Part shown: in pieces, positions 31,601 to 40,186 of the stretch | Layout of the letters: each line of letters opens with the position of its first letter | Position numbering within the stretch: the first letter of the stretch is position 1 | Origin: an uncultured Acidobacteriota bacterium | GTDB lineage: Bacteria > Actinomycetota > Acidimicrobiia > Spongiisociales > ZC4RG35 | Reading direction: 5' to 3' | Length of the DNA: 64,000 nucleotides | Assembly (NCBI GenBank): GCA_963848695.1 | Contig: CAWKEI010000018.1 | Coordinates: 140,110-204,109 of the forward strand | Position numbers and translations under genes: made by a program | Notes under the pieces: generated by a model | The model's database searches: none | What the model was told of the DNA's origin: nothing | What the model saw: the letters and a program-made list of their open reading frames with translations, nothing else

Positions 31601-32472
31601 GGGTCGGCGTCGTCGACATCGGGACGAATTCAATGCGTCTTCTGGTGACCGATGCGCTCGAGGAGATGGGACGATGGGTGGAGGTGACCGGTCTGGGGCG
31701 TGGGGTCGATGCGACCGGCGCCCTCTCTCCCGAGGCAATCGAGATATCTCTCGTCGCACTAGCTCGTTTCGGTTCAGAAATGGACGACGCAGGGGTGGAG
31801 CGGAGAGTGGCGATAGCCACCTCGGCTTCCCGGGACGCCGGCAATCGTGAGGTCTTCTTCGACCTCGCCGGATCGGCCCTGGGAGTGAGACCCAGGTTGA
31901 TCACCGGCGAAGAGGAGGCCCGCCTCGCCTACACCGGCGCCACTCATGGAGTCGATCTGGCCGATCCTGTGGTCGTGTCGGACATCGGGGGAGGGAGCAC
32001 CGAGTTCGTCACCGCGCATAGTGAGGTGTCCTACGACATCGGCTCGGTGCGGCTCACGGAACGGGCGATCCCCACCCGGCCTACCCCACCCGCCGAGATG
32101 AGGGCGGCACGTGCCCTCGTTGCCGATCTGTTCTCCGGGATCGACCTGGAAACCGCGACTTTGGTCGGTGTGGCCGGAACGTGGACGAGTCTGGCCGCGA
32201 TCGCTCAGGACCTGCCGAGGTACTCGAGCGACATGGTCCACGGCTACCGGATGGGCCGGGAGAGCCTGGCTCGCGTCATCGACACACTGACCGGCCTGAA
32301 CATCGACGAGACGGCGGCCATCCCTGCCCTCGATCCGAAGCGGGCACCGGTGATCCTGGGCGGCGCGTTGGTGGCGGAAGGCGTCATGGACGCGCTCGGG
32401 GCGGCGGAGGCCCTCGTATCGGAGCACGACACCCTCGACGCCGTCGCCATGCAGTTGCTGGCTATACCCTGA
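31597..32472 (+). CDS. ppx: Exopolyphosphatase / guanosine pentaphosphate phosphohydrolase family (Ppx/GppA)
   Basis: GTGA overlap start. VRVGVVDIGTNSMRLLV...SDIGGGSTEF ASKHA-fold motifs. Confidence 0.88.
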   Translation: MRVGVVDIGTNSMRLLVTDALEEMGRWVEVTGLGRGVDATGALSPEAIEISLVALARFGSEMDDAGVERRVAIATSASRDAGNREVFFDLAGSALGVRPRLITGEEEARLAYTGATHGVDLADPVVVSDIGGGSTEFVTAHSEVSYDIGSVRLTERAIPTRPTPPAEMRAARALVADLFSGIDLETATLVGVAGTWTSLAAIAQDLPRYSSDMVHGYRMGRESLARVIDTLTGLNIDETAAIPALDPKRAPVILGGALVAEGVMDALGAAEALVSEHDTLDAVAMQLLAIP

Positions 32473-32481
32473 GCCACACCG

Positions 32482-32566
32482 GCCCGGGTGGCGGAATGCA
32501 GACGCGAGGGGCTTAAACCCCCTTGAGCCGAATCGGCTCGTGTGGGTTCGAATCCCACCCCGGGCA
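32482..32566 (+). tRNA. tRNA-Leu (anticodon TAA), 85 nt, class II with long variable arm
   Basis: Acceptor stem GCCCGGG/CCCGGGC, anticodon loop CTTAAAC (anticodon TAA), T-loop GGTTCGAATCC, discriminator A. CCA is not encoded. Confidence 0.85.
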
Positions 32567-32575
32567 CAGCGATAG

Positions 32576-32941
32576 GTGCACAGAATGCGAAACCCTGACG
32601 TGGATGCCTGGTTCGAGACGAAGCAGCACCCGATGGAAGATGCGATGCAGGCGGTGCGGACTGTGGCGCTCGAGGCCGATCCTCGAATCGAGGAGTCGAT
32701 CAAATGGTCGACCCCCACCTATTCCTACAAGGGCAACATCTTCAGCTTCAACCCGGCGAAGAAGTTCGTCAGCTTGCTCTTTCACACCGGGGCCCGGATC
32801 CCAGGCGACCATCCGATACTCGAGGGTGACACCGACACAGCACAGGTGATGCGATTCGCCGATGCCGACGATGTCGAACGCCGTTCCGCGGAGCTAACCG
32901 AAGTCCTCCAGGACTGGTGCCGTTGGAAGGACGAAGCCTGA
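32576..32941 (+). CDS. DUF1801 (YdhG-like) domain protein
   Basis: 121 aa. The IKWSTPTYSYKGNIFSFNPAKKFVSLLFH pattern is typical of the DUF1801 family. Confidence 0.6.
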   Translation: MHRMRNPDVDAWFETKQHPMEDAMQAVRTVALEADPRIEESIKWSTPTYSYKGNIFSFNPAKKFVSLLFHTGARIPGDHPILEGDTDTAQVMRFADADDVERRSAELTEVLQDWCRWKDEA

Positions 32942-33002
32942 CCTGAACCGGTGGTCCATGGTCGCCCTCGTCGTACGCCGCCTGTGATTCGCGAAAAAGG
33001 TC

Positions 33003-33057
33003 GTGGGACCCGGGCCGGTGGGTGGGGGAGGGGAGAGGAACCGGGCCCGGGCCCCAC
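33003..33057. other. GC-rich hairpin with G-rich (G-quadruplex-capable) loop
   Basis: Stem GTGGGACCCGGGCCGGT / ACCGGGCCCGGGCCCCAC (17-18 bp). Loop is GGGTGGGGGAGGGGAGAGGA. Flanked by the 10-bp direct repeat CCTGTGATTC (32981-32990 and 33085-33094). Confidence 0.5.
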
Positions 33058-33191
33058 GAAGCGCGATGGAAGATCTACGTTCCTGTGATTCTCCTTTCCC
33101 ACATAGATCAACCCCGTTACCGGGAAGTGTAACCCTCCAATGGTGCACCTACCCGGATGCGCCGACTTTTCGCATTTCACGATGCAGTAGC

Positions 33192-35927
33192 GTGCGATCC
33201 GTGGCCGAGTACCCCGCCGAATACGAGCTCGACGTAGCTCTTCGTGACGGCGGTGGGGCGCGGGTCCGCCCGATCAGGCCCGACGATGGGCCTCTCCTCG
33301 TCGAGTTCTTCGAGCGTCTCGGGCCCGAATCGCGCTATTTCCGGTTCTTCAGGATCAAGGAGACTCTGGAGCCCAAAGAGGTCGAGTTCTTCACCAACGT
33401 CGACTACTCCGACCGCATGGCGCTCATTGCCATTCTCGACGGGAAAATGATCGGGCTCGCCAGCTATGACCGTGAGCGCGATGAGGCGGGGACGGCAGAG
33501 GTGGCGTTCGCCGTCGCCGATGAGCATCAAGGGCGGGGGATCGGGACACAACTCCTCCAGCTGTTGACCAATCACGCCCGCTCACAAGGAGTGCAGCGCT
33601 TCGAAGCCTTCGTCCTGCCGGAGAACCGGCAGATGATGCGGCTCTTTCGCAACTCGGGCTACGAGCTGACCCGCACCATTGACGAAGGCGTCTTCACCGT
33701 CGATTTCCCGGTAGCCGAGAGCGAAGGGATGCTCCAGGCGGAATGGGAGCGTGAGAAGCGCGCCGTCGCGGCATCGATCCTCCCGTTGTTCTTCCCCCGC
33801 TCAGTCGCAGTGATCGGCGCCTCCACCGACCCGACTTCGATCGGGGGTCGGCTATTCCGCAACATCCTGAATGGCGGCTTCAACGGCCCTCTCTACCCGG
33901 TGAACCCGAAGGCGAAAGTGATCGGCTCGGTGCGGGCCTATCCGTCGATTGCCGAGGTCCCTGACGACGTCGATCTCGCCTACATCGTCGTCAGACAGGA
34001 ATTCGTGGTCGACGTGGCGCGCCAGTGTGCCCAAGCCGGGGTCCGGGGGATCGTCGTCATCTCCGCAGGTTTCTCCGAGACAGGTGAGCATGGGGCGAAA
34101 CTCGAGGCGGAGTTGCTTGGCATCGTCCGTGACTCCGGGATGCGAATGGTGGGCCCCAACTGCATGGGCCTGCTCAACACGGCCCCGTCGGTCCAGCTGA
34201 ACGGGACCTTCGCCCCGGTCTACCCGCCGCCCGGCAATGTCGCCATGTCCAGCCAGTCCGGCGCGCTCGGCATCGCCATCCTCGACTACGCCACCAGGAA
34301 CAACATCGGGATCTCCCAATTCGTCTCGGTTGGCAACAAGGCCGACGTCAGCGGTAACGACCTGATCCTCTCCTGGGAGGACGACCCACAGACGGATGTG
34401 ATCACTCTGTATCTGGAGTCGTTCGGCAACCCCAAGAAGTTCTCGCGGATCGCTCGCCGGATCGGGCGTCGGAAGCCGATCATCGCGGTGAAGTCGGGCC
34501 GTTCCGAGTCGGGGAGCCGGGCCGCCTCATCGCACACCGGGGCCCTCGCATCATCGGACGTGGCGGTTCAGGCGCTCTTCCGCCAGGCGGGGGTGATCAG
34601 GGTCGACACCATCGAGGAGTTGTTCGCCGCCGCCAACCTCCTCGCCAGACAGCCCATCCCTGCCGGGGAGCGGGTTGGGATCGTCACCAACGCCGGTGGG
34701 CCCGGGATCCTCGCCGCTGATGCGCTCGAGGCCAATGGCCTGACACTCCCCGAGCTGTCGGGCCCGCTCCAGGAGCAGATCGGTGCTCGCCTGCCCGCCG
34801 AAGCATCGACCAGGAACCCCGTCGACCTGATCGCCTCGGGTGGCCCGGGCGAGTTCGAGCACGCCACGTCGTTGCTGCTGGATTCCGGTGAGGTCGACGC
34901 GGTCATGGTCATCTATGTGCCGGTCACACCGGAGGGCACTCAGGATGTGGCCAACGCCCTCACCCGCGCCCAACTCGCCCACGAGGGGGAGGTCACGATG
35001 CTCTCGGTGTTCATGCAAACCGGCGATGCGGCGCATTTCCTCGGCGGCTCGACGGGAGGCAGGGCTGTGCCTACCTATCTCTTCCCCGAGTCGGCCGCCC
35101 TCGCTCTGGCCCGGGCCGTGCGACACGGCGAGTGGCGCCAACGCGATCCGGGGATCGAGGCGCGGCTCGATTCCGGCGCCGAGAACGAGATCCGGGCCTT
35201 GGTCGATGAAGCATTGAAGACGGTCCCCGCCGAGGGCGGGTGGCTCGACCCGGACACGGTCGAGTCGATCCTGACGAAGGCCGGTTTTCGGGTGCCTCGT
35301 TCGTCGGTCGTCGAGTCGGAAGACGAGGCCGTGAAGGCGGCGAGGGACCTCGGCGGCCCGGCGGTCCTGAAAGTCATCTCGAGCTCGGCTCTGCACAAGT
35401 CCGACGTGGGTGGCGTGGCACTTGGCGTCGAGGGTGAGGCGGAGGTGCTGAAGGCCTTTCAGCAGGTGACCGGGGCCGTCGAGGATGTCGAGGGCGTCCT
35501 GGTCCAGGAATACGTCGCGGGCGGTCACGAAGTGCTGATCGGGATGACCCAGGACCCCAACTTCGGGCCCCTGGTCGTCTTCGGACTGGGCGGTATATAT
35601 GTCGAGCTCCTCCAGGACGTGGCATTTCGCATCCATCCTCTCACCGATGTCGACGCGGCGGAGATGATGCGGGAGACCAAGGGCTTCAGACTCCTCGAGG
35701 GATACCGGAACCAGCCTGCCGGCGATGTGACTGCCTTGGAAGAGGCGTTGATGCGGGTCTCGGGGCTGATCAGCGTGGTGCCCGAGCTGCTGGAGATGGA
35801 TCTCAACCCGGTCAAGGTCCTCGAACCGGAGCAAGGGGTCGTCGTCGTGGATGCCCGGATGAAAGTCCGCCGGGTCGAGCCACGGAGTCATCCCCGAATG
35901 AGGGACCTGCCCGGAGTCAGACAGTGA
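33192..35927 (+). CDS. Protein acetyltransferase Pat-like: N-terminal GNAT fused to NDP-forming acyl-CoA synthetase (CoA-binding + ATP-grasp) domains
   Basis: GNAT motif (VAFAVADEHQGRGIGTQLL). CoA-binding and succinyl-CoA-synthetase-like region (VAVIGAS...MVGPNCMGL...SQSGALG). C-terminal ATP-grasp (LKVISSSALHKSDVGGV). Domain order matches Streptomyces-type PatA. Start is GTG 33192 or 33201. Confidence 0.8.
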   Translation: MRSVAEYPAEYELDVALRDGGGARVRPIRPDDGPLLVEFFERLGPESRYFRFFRIKETLEPKEVEFFTNVDYSDRMALIAILDGKMIGLASYDRERDEAGTAEVAFAVADEHQGRGIGTQLLQLLTNHARSQGVQRFEAFVLPENRQMMRLFRNSGYELTRTIDEGVFTVDFPVAESEGMLQAEWEREKRAVAASILPLFFPRSVAVIGASTDPTSIGGRLFRNILNGGFNGPLYPVNPKAKVIGSVRAYPSIAEVPDDVDLAYIVVRQEFVVDVARQCAQAGVRGIVVISAGFSETGEHGAKLEAELLGIVRDSGMRMVGPNCMGLLNTAPSVQLNGTFAPVYPPPGNVAMSSQSGALGIAILDYATRNNIGISQFVSVGNKADVSGNDLILSWEDDPQTDVITLYLESFGNPKKFSRIARRIGRRKPIIAVKSGRSESGSRAASSHTGALASSDVAVQALFRQAGVIRVDTIEELFAAANLLARQPIPAGERVGIVTNAGGPGILAADALEANGLTLPELSGPLQEQIGARLPAEASTRNPVDLIASGGPGEFEHATSLLLDSGEVDAVMVIYVPVTPEGTQDVANALTRAQLAHEGEVTMLSVFMQTGDAAHFLGGSTGGRAVPTYLFPESAALALARAVRHGEWRQRDPGIEARLDSGAENEIRALVDEALKTVPAEGGWLDPDTVESILTKAGFRVPRSSVVESEDEAVKAARDLGGPAVLKVISSSALHKSDVGGVALGVEGEAEVLKAFQQVTGAVEDVEGVLVQEYVAGGHEVLIGMTQDPNFGPLVVFGLGGIYVELLQDVAFRIHPLTDVDAAEMMRETKGFRLLEGYRNQPAGDVTALEEALMRVSGLISVVPELLEMDLNPVKVLEPEQGVVVVDARMKVRRVEPRSHPRMRDLPGVRQ

Positions 35928-35937
35928 GGGAGAACAG

Positions 35938-36536
35938 ATGTCGTTCTTGAAGACCATTGCCGAGGCCGAGGCCAGCGGGGAGGTGGCGGTCAATTATCAG
36001 AAGGACATCGAGCGGGTCGGGTATCTGCCCAACTACTCGAGGACTTTCTCACTACACCCCGCCGCCTATCAGGCTTGGCGGGGTTTGATCGCATCGATCG
36101 CCAAGCCGATGGACCCGAGACGCGGTATGAGATTGGCCACCATTGGGGGCGGCCAGCCGACTTCGATCCACCTACTGCTCGCTGGCGCATGGTGAGATCC
36201 TTGCCGACGAGCACATGGAGCCGTCCGTTGTAGCCCGCATGGTCCAAGAACCAGATCACCCGCCGCTGGAGAGACCGAGACGCAGATTTTCCGCTAATTG
36301 CCGACGAAAGTGGCCGACGACGCCACCGCAGTGACAGAAGAGCGACATCGCTGCGTTGCGCTCGGCCGGTCTCAGCGATCGGGACATCCTCGACGTGGCT
36401 CTCGCCTCCGCAGCGCGCTGTTTCTTCTCCAAAGTCCTCGACGCCACCGGGACCCTGGCCGATTCGGCCTTCAACGAGATGGAGCCCGAGTTGCGCGATG
36501 CACTCACGGTGGGACGGCCGATCGAGGGCAGCTGAG
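35938..36536 (+). pseudogene. Carboxymuconolactone decarboxylase / AhpD-like family gene, degraded (multiple frameshifts and an in-frame TGA)
   Basis: MSFLKTIAEAEASGEVAVNYQKDIERVGYLPNYSRTFSLHPAAYQAWRGLI... in frame 1. RLRSTYCSLAHGEILADEHMEPSVVARMV in frame 2 after a shift in a GGGGG run (~36145). KVADDATAVTEE in frame 3. DIAALRSAGLSDRDILDVALASAARCFFSKVLDATG...GRPIEGS back in frame 2 after an in-frame TGA (36332-36334). Confidence 0.7.
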
Positions 36537-36609
36537 AAATTCTCAGATTTCTTTTTGGATGCTCGGTTTCTGACCTGTTTCTGTCACACCCTTTTCGTAG
36601 GTTGGGGGC

Positions 36610-37656
36610 ATGGAGAGGGAGAGCTTTTCCAATGATCAGGTGGATGGGGTTTTGGCTCATCTGTTCTCTGGTCTGTCTGTTTTCTACGCCGAGATCTGTG
36701 AATGGTTGATCGACGCTGATCTCAGCCAACAGTTCCTCGCGGATGGGGCCCGCGACCTTGCCCAGTGGGTTTCGGCCCGGTTCGGTCTGCGTCATTCGAC
36801 TGCAGCTCAACTGGTTCGGGTGGCTCGTCGGCTCCAGGATCTGCCTGTGTTGCGGGAACGGTTCGCTGCCGGCGAGTTGTCGTTGGATCAGGTGGATGCG
36901 ATCTCGAAGCTGGCCACTCCGGATACCGAGGAGGCGGTGATCGCCGCATGTCTCGGTTTGTCCAATCCGGCTCTGGACCGTGCTGCCCGGAGAGCGGATC
37001 CTCCTTCGAATTCTAGATGTGCTGGAATCGTGGCGGGATCGGTGGCTGTCGATCCAATACACCCTGGACGGGATCCGGGGCAGTCTCCACGCCGATCTAC
37101 CCGGTCCTGATCTTCATCTGGTGGAATCGGCGATCCGGGAGAGAGCGGATCGGATCCCGGTGAATCCGGAATCAGGGATCCTCGATCCGTATCCGCAACG
37201 ACTCGCCGACGGGTTGGTGGAATTGGCTTCAACATCATGGCGACCAGTCGGCCGCACCGGCCCAGATCACCGTTCATGCCGATCTCGAAGCACTCACCGT
37301 CGGATCCGGAGACACCGGGGTGGCGGAGGTGGAGGGTGGTCCGGTGATCGCCAATGAGACCGCCCGCAGACTCTCCTGTGACCCGATCGTGGAATGTGCC
37401 GTCTATGACCACCAGAAAGTGTTGGGGATCGGACGTCGTTCCCGGTTGATCCCGGCCTGGTTACGGCATCAGCTCTGGTATCCGGGATGGGGGCTGTCGA
37501 TTCCCCGGCTGTGGCACCAGAAACTTCGTTCATGCCCACCACATCAGACACTGGGCGGACGGAGGACCGACCGATCTGGACAATCTGATCCTGTTGTGTG
37601 GTTATCACCACCGGTTCCTCCATGAACACGGCTGGCGGATCGAACATGACCCCTGA
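36610..37656 (+). pseudogene. DUF222 + HNH endonuclease (mycobacterial REP13E12-family-like), degraded by at least 3 frameshifts
   Basis: DUF222 N-terminal region (AQWVSARFGLRHSTAAQLVRVARRLQDLPVLRERFAAGELSLDQVDAI). Middle region (QRLADGLVEL|LQHHGDQSAAPAQITVHADLEALTVGSGDTGVAEVEGGP) with a shift at ~37226. HNH domain (RDGGCRFPGCGTRNFVHAHHIRHWADGGPTDLDNLILLCGYHHRFLHEHGWRIEHDP) reached by another shift at ~37482. Preceded by an AT-rich junction (36537-36609). Confidence 0.75.
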
Positions 37657-37804
37657 CCAGAAACCCGTCTTCCGCAAACCCGACGGACAGGTCTATCCGC
37701 CCATCCGCCCCCGGCTCGACCCGAGACTCCGAGAACTCGTCGGGCTCAGAACCTAGGGCGTGCGCCCCACCACGGCTATCGGAACCCACAACTAGCCTCG
37801 GCCG

Positions 37805-38572
37805 ATGCAATTCGTAGAAGTGAGCAGGGATGACGCGGTCGCCCTGGTCAGGCTCAATCGTCCTCCGGTCAACGCCATGACCGAGGATTTCGCCCGCGAG
37901 TTGAAAGAGGCCTTCACCGATTGCGCCGACCCCGGGATCCGGGCTGTGGTGGTCACCGGGCAGCCTCATTTCGCCGCGGGCGCCGACATCAAAGGCTTTC
38001 AGGCGAGCTACGACTCCGGTGTCGAGGAGCGGAGCGCTTGGACGCTCCAGGAGGCGATAGCTGTCCTCGAGTCACTGGAGAAGCCGACCATCGCCGCAGT
38101 CCACGGTTACGCCCTGGGCGGGGGACTGGAATTGGCGATGGGGGCGGACTTTCGCTTCCTGGCCGAAGACGCCAAGGTCGGACAGCCGGAGATACTGCTG
38201 GGTCTGATCCCCGGGGCCGGGGGGACCCAACGTCTGGCGAGACTCGTCGGCTACCAGCGCGCCAAGGAGATGGTCCTCACCGGGCGTCAGGTCGATGCAG
38301 CGGAGGCGCAGGAGATCGGGCTAGCCGATCAGGTGTTCCCGCCCGGCGAGCTCTTCGATGCCGCCATGGAGGCTGCCTGGGAATGGGCCACCAAGGCCAC
38401 CCGGGCCCTCGCCGCCGCCAAGACAGCGCTCAACACCGGATTCGGGACGCCGGTAGATGAGGGGCTGCTGATCGAGCGGGACGCCTTCAACGCCTCGTTT
38501 CGGACCGAGGACGCCCGGGAAGGGGTCGCTGCTTTCATCGCCAAACGTGAGGCCCAGTTCAAGGGCCGCTGA
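37805..38572 (+). CDS. Enoyl-CoA hydratase/isomerase (crotonase) family protein
   Basis: 255 aa. Crotonase fold motifs (AVHGYALGGGLELAMGADFRF). Confidence 0.88.
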   Translation: MQFVEVSRDDAVALVRLNRPPVNAMTEDFARELKEAFTDCADPGIRAVVVTGQPHFAAGADIKGFQASYDSGVEERSAWTLQEAIAVLESLEKPTIAAVHGYALGGGLELAMGADFRFLAEDAKVGQPEILLGLIPGAGGTQRLARLVGYQRAKEMVLTGRQVDAAEAQEIGLADQVFPPGELFDAAMEAAWEWATKATRALAAAKTALNTGFGTPVDEGLLIERDAFNASFRTEDAREGVAAFIAKREAQFKGR

Positions 38573-39005
38573 TCTCCAAACGTTCCCTCAACCTCTCCAG
38601 ACTTCCCCGCCACATTCGTCTGAATATCGGTCGGGCGATGGCCAGACCCACTGGCCCGCCCATCCACCAGGGAAAGCGGAGATCCTCCCACCAGCGCATC
38701 TCGGTGCCCGCCGCCAGCGGCCGAACTTCGAATCGGCCGGAACCGGTGACCGACCCCCTGTGCTCGACGACGATGCTCTGCCCCTCCTCCCATCCGACCA
38801 CGTTCATGAAATCGGTCGCACGAAGCGGCCCAACCCTGGTCGCCACCTCGATTTGCGTGCCGACGCCGGTGGTTTGCTCCGTAAGGAAGCGAACTGTGGC
38901 TGCGTCGTCCATCCACTCTGGATGGGAGCCGAAATCGGCCAATTCGGCCCACACCCGGTCGATGGGCGCGTCGATCGTCACCACGAGGTCGATCGGCTTG
39001 GCCAT
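38559..39005 (-). CDS. SRPBCC (START/polyketide-cyclase-like) domain protein
   Basis: Real start taken at internal MAKPIDLVVTIDAPIDRVWAEL. The upstream R-rich extension of the six-frame ORF overlaps iscS antisense and is rejected. Confidence 0.6.
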   Translation of the reverse strand: MAKPIDLVVTIDAPIDRVWAELADFGSHPEWMDDAATVRFLTEQTTGVGTQIEVATRVGPLRATDFMNVVGWEEGQSIVVEHRGSVTGSGRFEVRPLAAGTEMRWWEDLRFPWWMGGPVGLAIARPIFRRMWRGSLERLRERLEISGP

Positions 39006-39052
39006 TCCCTGAATCGTGACAGCCTTCCCATCCTGCGACAATTGAGGCCGAC

Positions 39053-40186
39053 ATGATCTACCTCGACCATGCCGCCACGACCCCGATGCGCCCCGGTGTG
39101 TGGGAAGCGATGCGCCCATTCGCCGACGATGTCTACGGCAATTCCTCAGGCGTCCACGAGGTGTCCCGCCGCGCCAAGAACGCCCTCGAGGAGGCGCGCG
39201 AGCGGGTCGCCGCCGCCATCGGCGCCGGGCCACGGGAGATCGTGTTCACCTCGGGAGGGACCGAGTCGGACAATCTCGCCCTCAAGGGAGCCTCGCTGAG
39301 CAGCAACCCAAGGCGCGGTGTGGTCACAGTCACTACGGAGCACGAGGCCGTCCTGGAGACCACCGATTTCCTGCGCCGACTCGGCGTCTCTACTTCCGTC
39401 GTCGGCGTCGACGGGAGAGGAGTGGTCGACCTGCCCAGCCTCGTGGAGGCTGTCGATGCCAACACGTCGGTCGTGTCCGTGATGTACCTCAACAACGAGA
39501 CTGGTGTCATCCAGGACATCGCCGGCATCGCATCCGCCATCGATGAGCACGAGCCCGATGTCCTCCTCCACACTGACGCAGTCCAGGCATTCTCGTCCGA
39601 ACACGTCGACGTCGATCGACTCGGCGTGGACCTCATGACGGCCACCGGGCACAAGTTCGGGGGGCCAAAGGGGGCCGGCTTCCTCTATGTGCGAGAGGGG
39701 ACTGCACTCGAGCCCGTCCTCCACGGGGGTGGCCAGGAGTTGGGGCGGCGCTCAGGGACGCATGACGTGTCGGGTGCAGTCGGGCTGGCTACCGCGATGG
39801 AAGCGGCCGTGGCGGACCGAGCCCGGTTCCGCAGCCAGGTGGGTCAGATCCGGGATGATTTCGAGAAGCGGGTCCTGGCCGCCGTCCCCGACGCAATCGT
39901 GAACACTCCGGAGACGGGCCGCTCCTCCCATCATCTCAATGTGAGGTTCCCCGGCGTGCGCAACGAGGCACTGCTGATGCGACTCGATCGGGCAGGTGTT
40001 GCGGCGTCGGCCGGCTCGGCCTGCCAATCAGGGGCATCCGAGGTCTCTCACGTCCTCGAAGGAATGGGCCTGACCCCCGCGGAGGCACGGGAGAGCGTCC
40101 GCTTCAGCTTCGGCTGGAACAGCACTGATGACGAGGCGATGGAGGCGGCTGCCATCACTGTCGCCCTGATCGAGGAGCTGCGATGA
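39053..40186 (+). CDS. iscS: Cysteine desulfurase (NifS/IscS family, class V aminotransferase)
   Basis: IYLDHAATTP...TSGGTESDN...ATGHKFGGPKG (PLP-Lys) and the SAGSACQSG active-site Cys loop. Confidence 0.9.
   Translation: MIYLDHAATTPMRPGVWEAMRPFADDVYGNSSGVHEVSRRAKNALEEARERVAAAIGAGPREIVFTSGGTESDNLALKGASLSSNPRRGVVTVTTEHEAVLETTDFLRRLGVSTSVVGVDGRGVVDLPSLVEAVDANTSVVSVMYLNNETGVIQDIAGIASAIDEHEPDVLLHTDAVQAFSSEHVDVDRLGVDLMTATGHKFGGPKGAGFLYVREGTALEPVLHGGGQELGRRSGTHDVSGAVGLATAMEAAVADRARFRSQVGQIRDDFEKRVLAAVPDAIVNTPETGRSSHHLNVRFPGVRNEALLMRLDRAGVAASAGSACQSGASEVSHVLEGMGLTPAEARESVRFSFGWNSTDDEAMEAAAITVALIEELR

Noticed and set aside
33060-33110. Possible CRP/FNR-type site (TGTGA...CACA) upstream of pat
   Set aside because: Spacing is GTG-N12-CAC rather than the GTG-N8-CAC of TGTGA-N6-TCACA. 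Half-site match is poor.
38329-39233. Long minus-strand ORFs (241 aa and the 224-aa extended version) overlapping echA/iscS
   Set aside because: Only the C-terminal 149 aa (from MAKPIDL, 38559..39005) looks like a real SRPBCC protein. The N-terminal R-rich extension overlaps iscS antisense.
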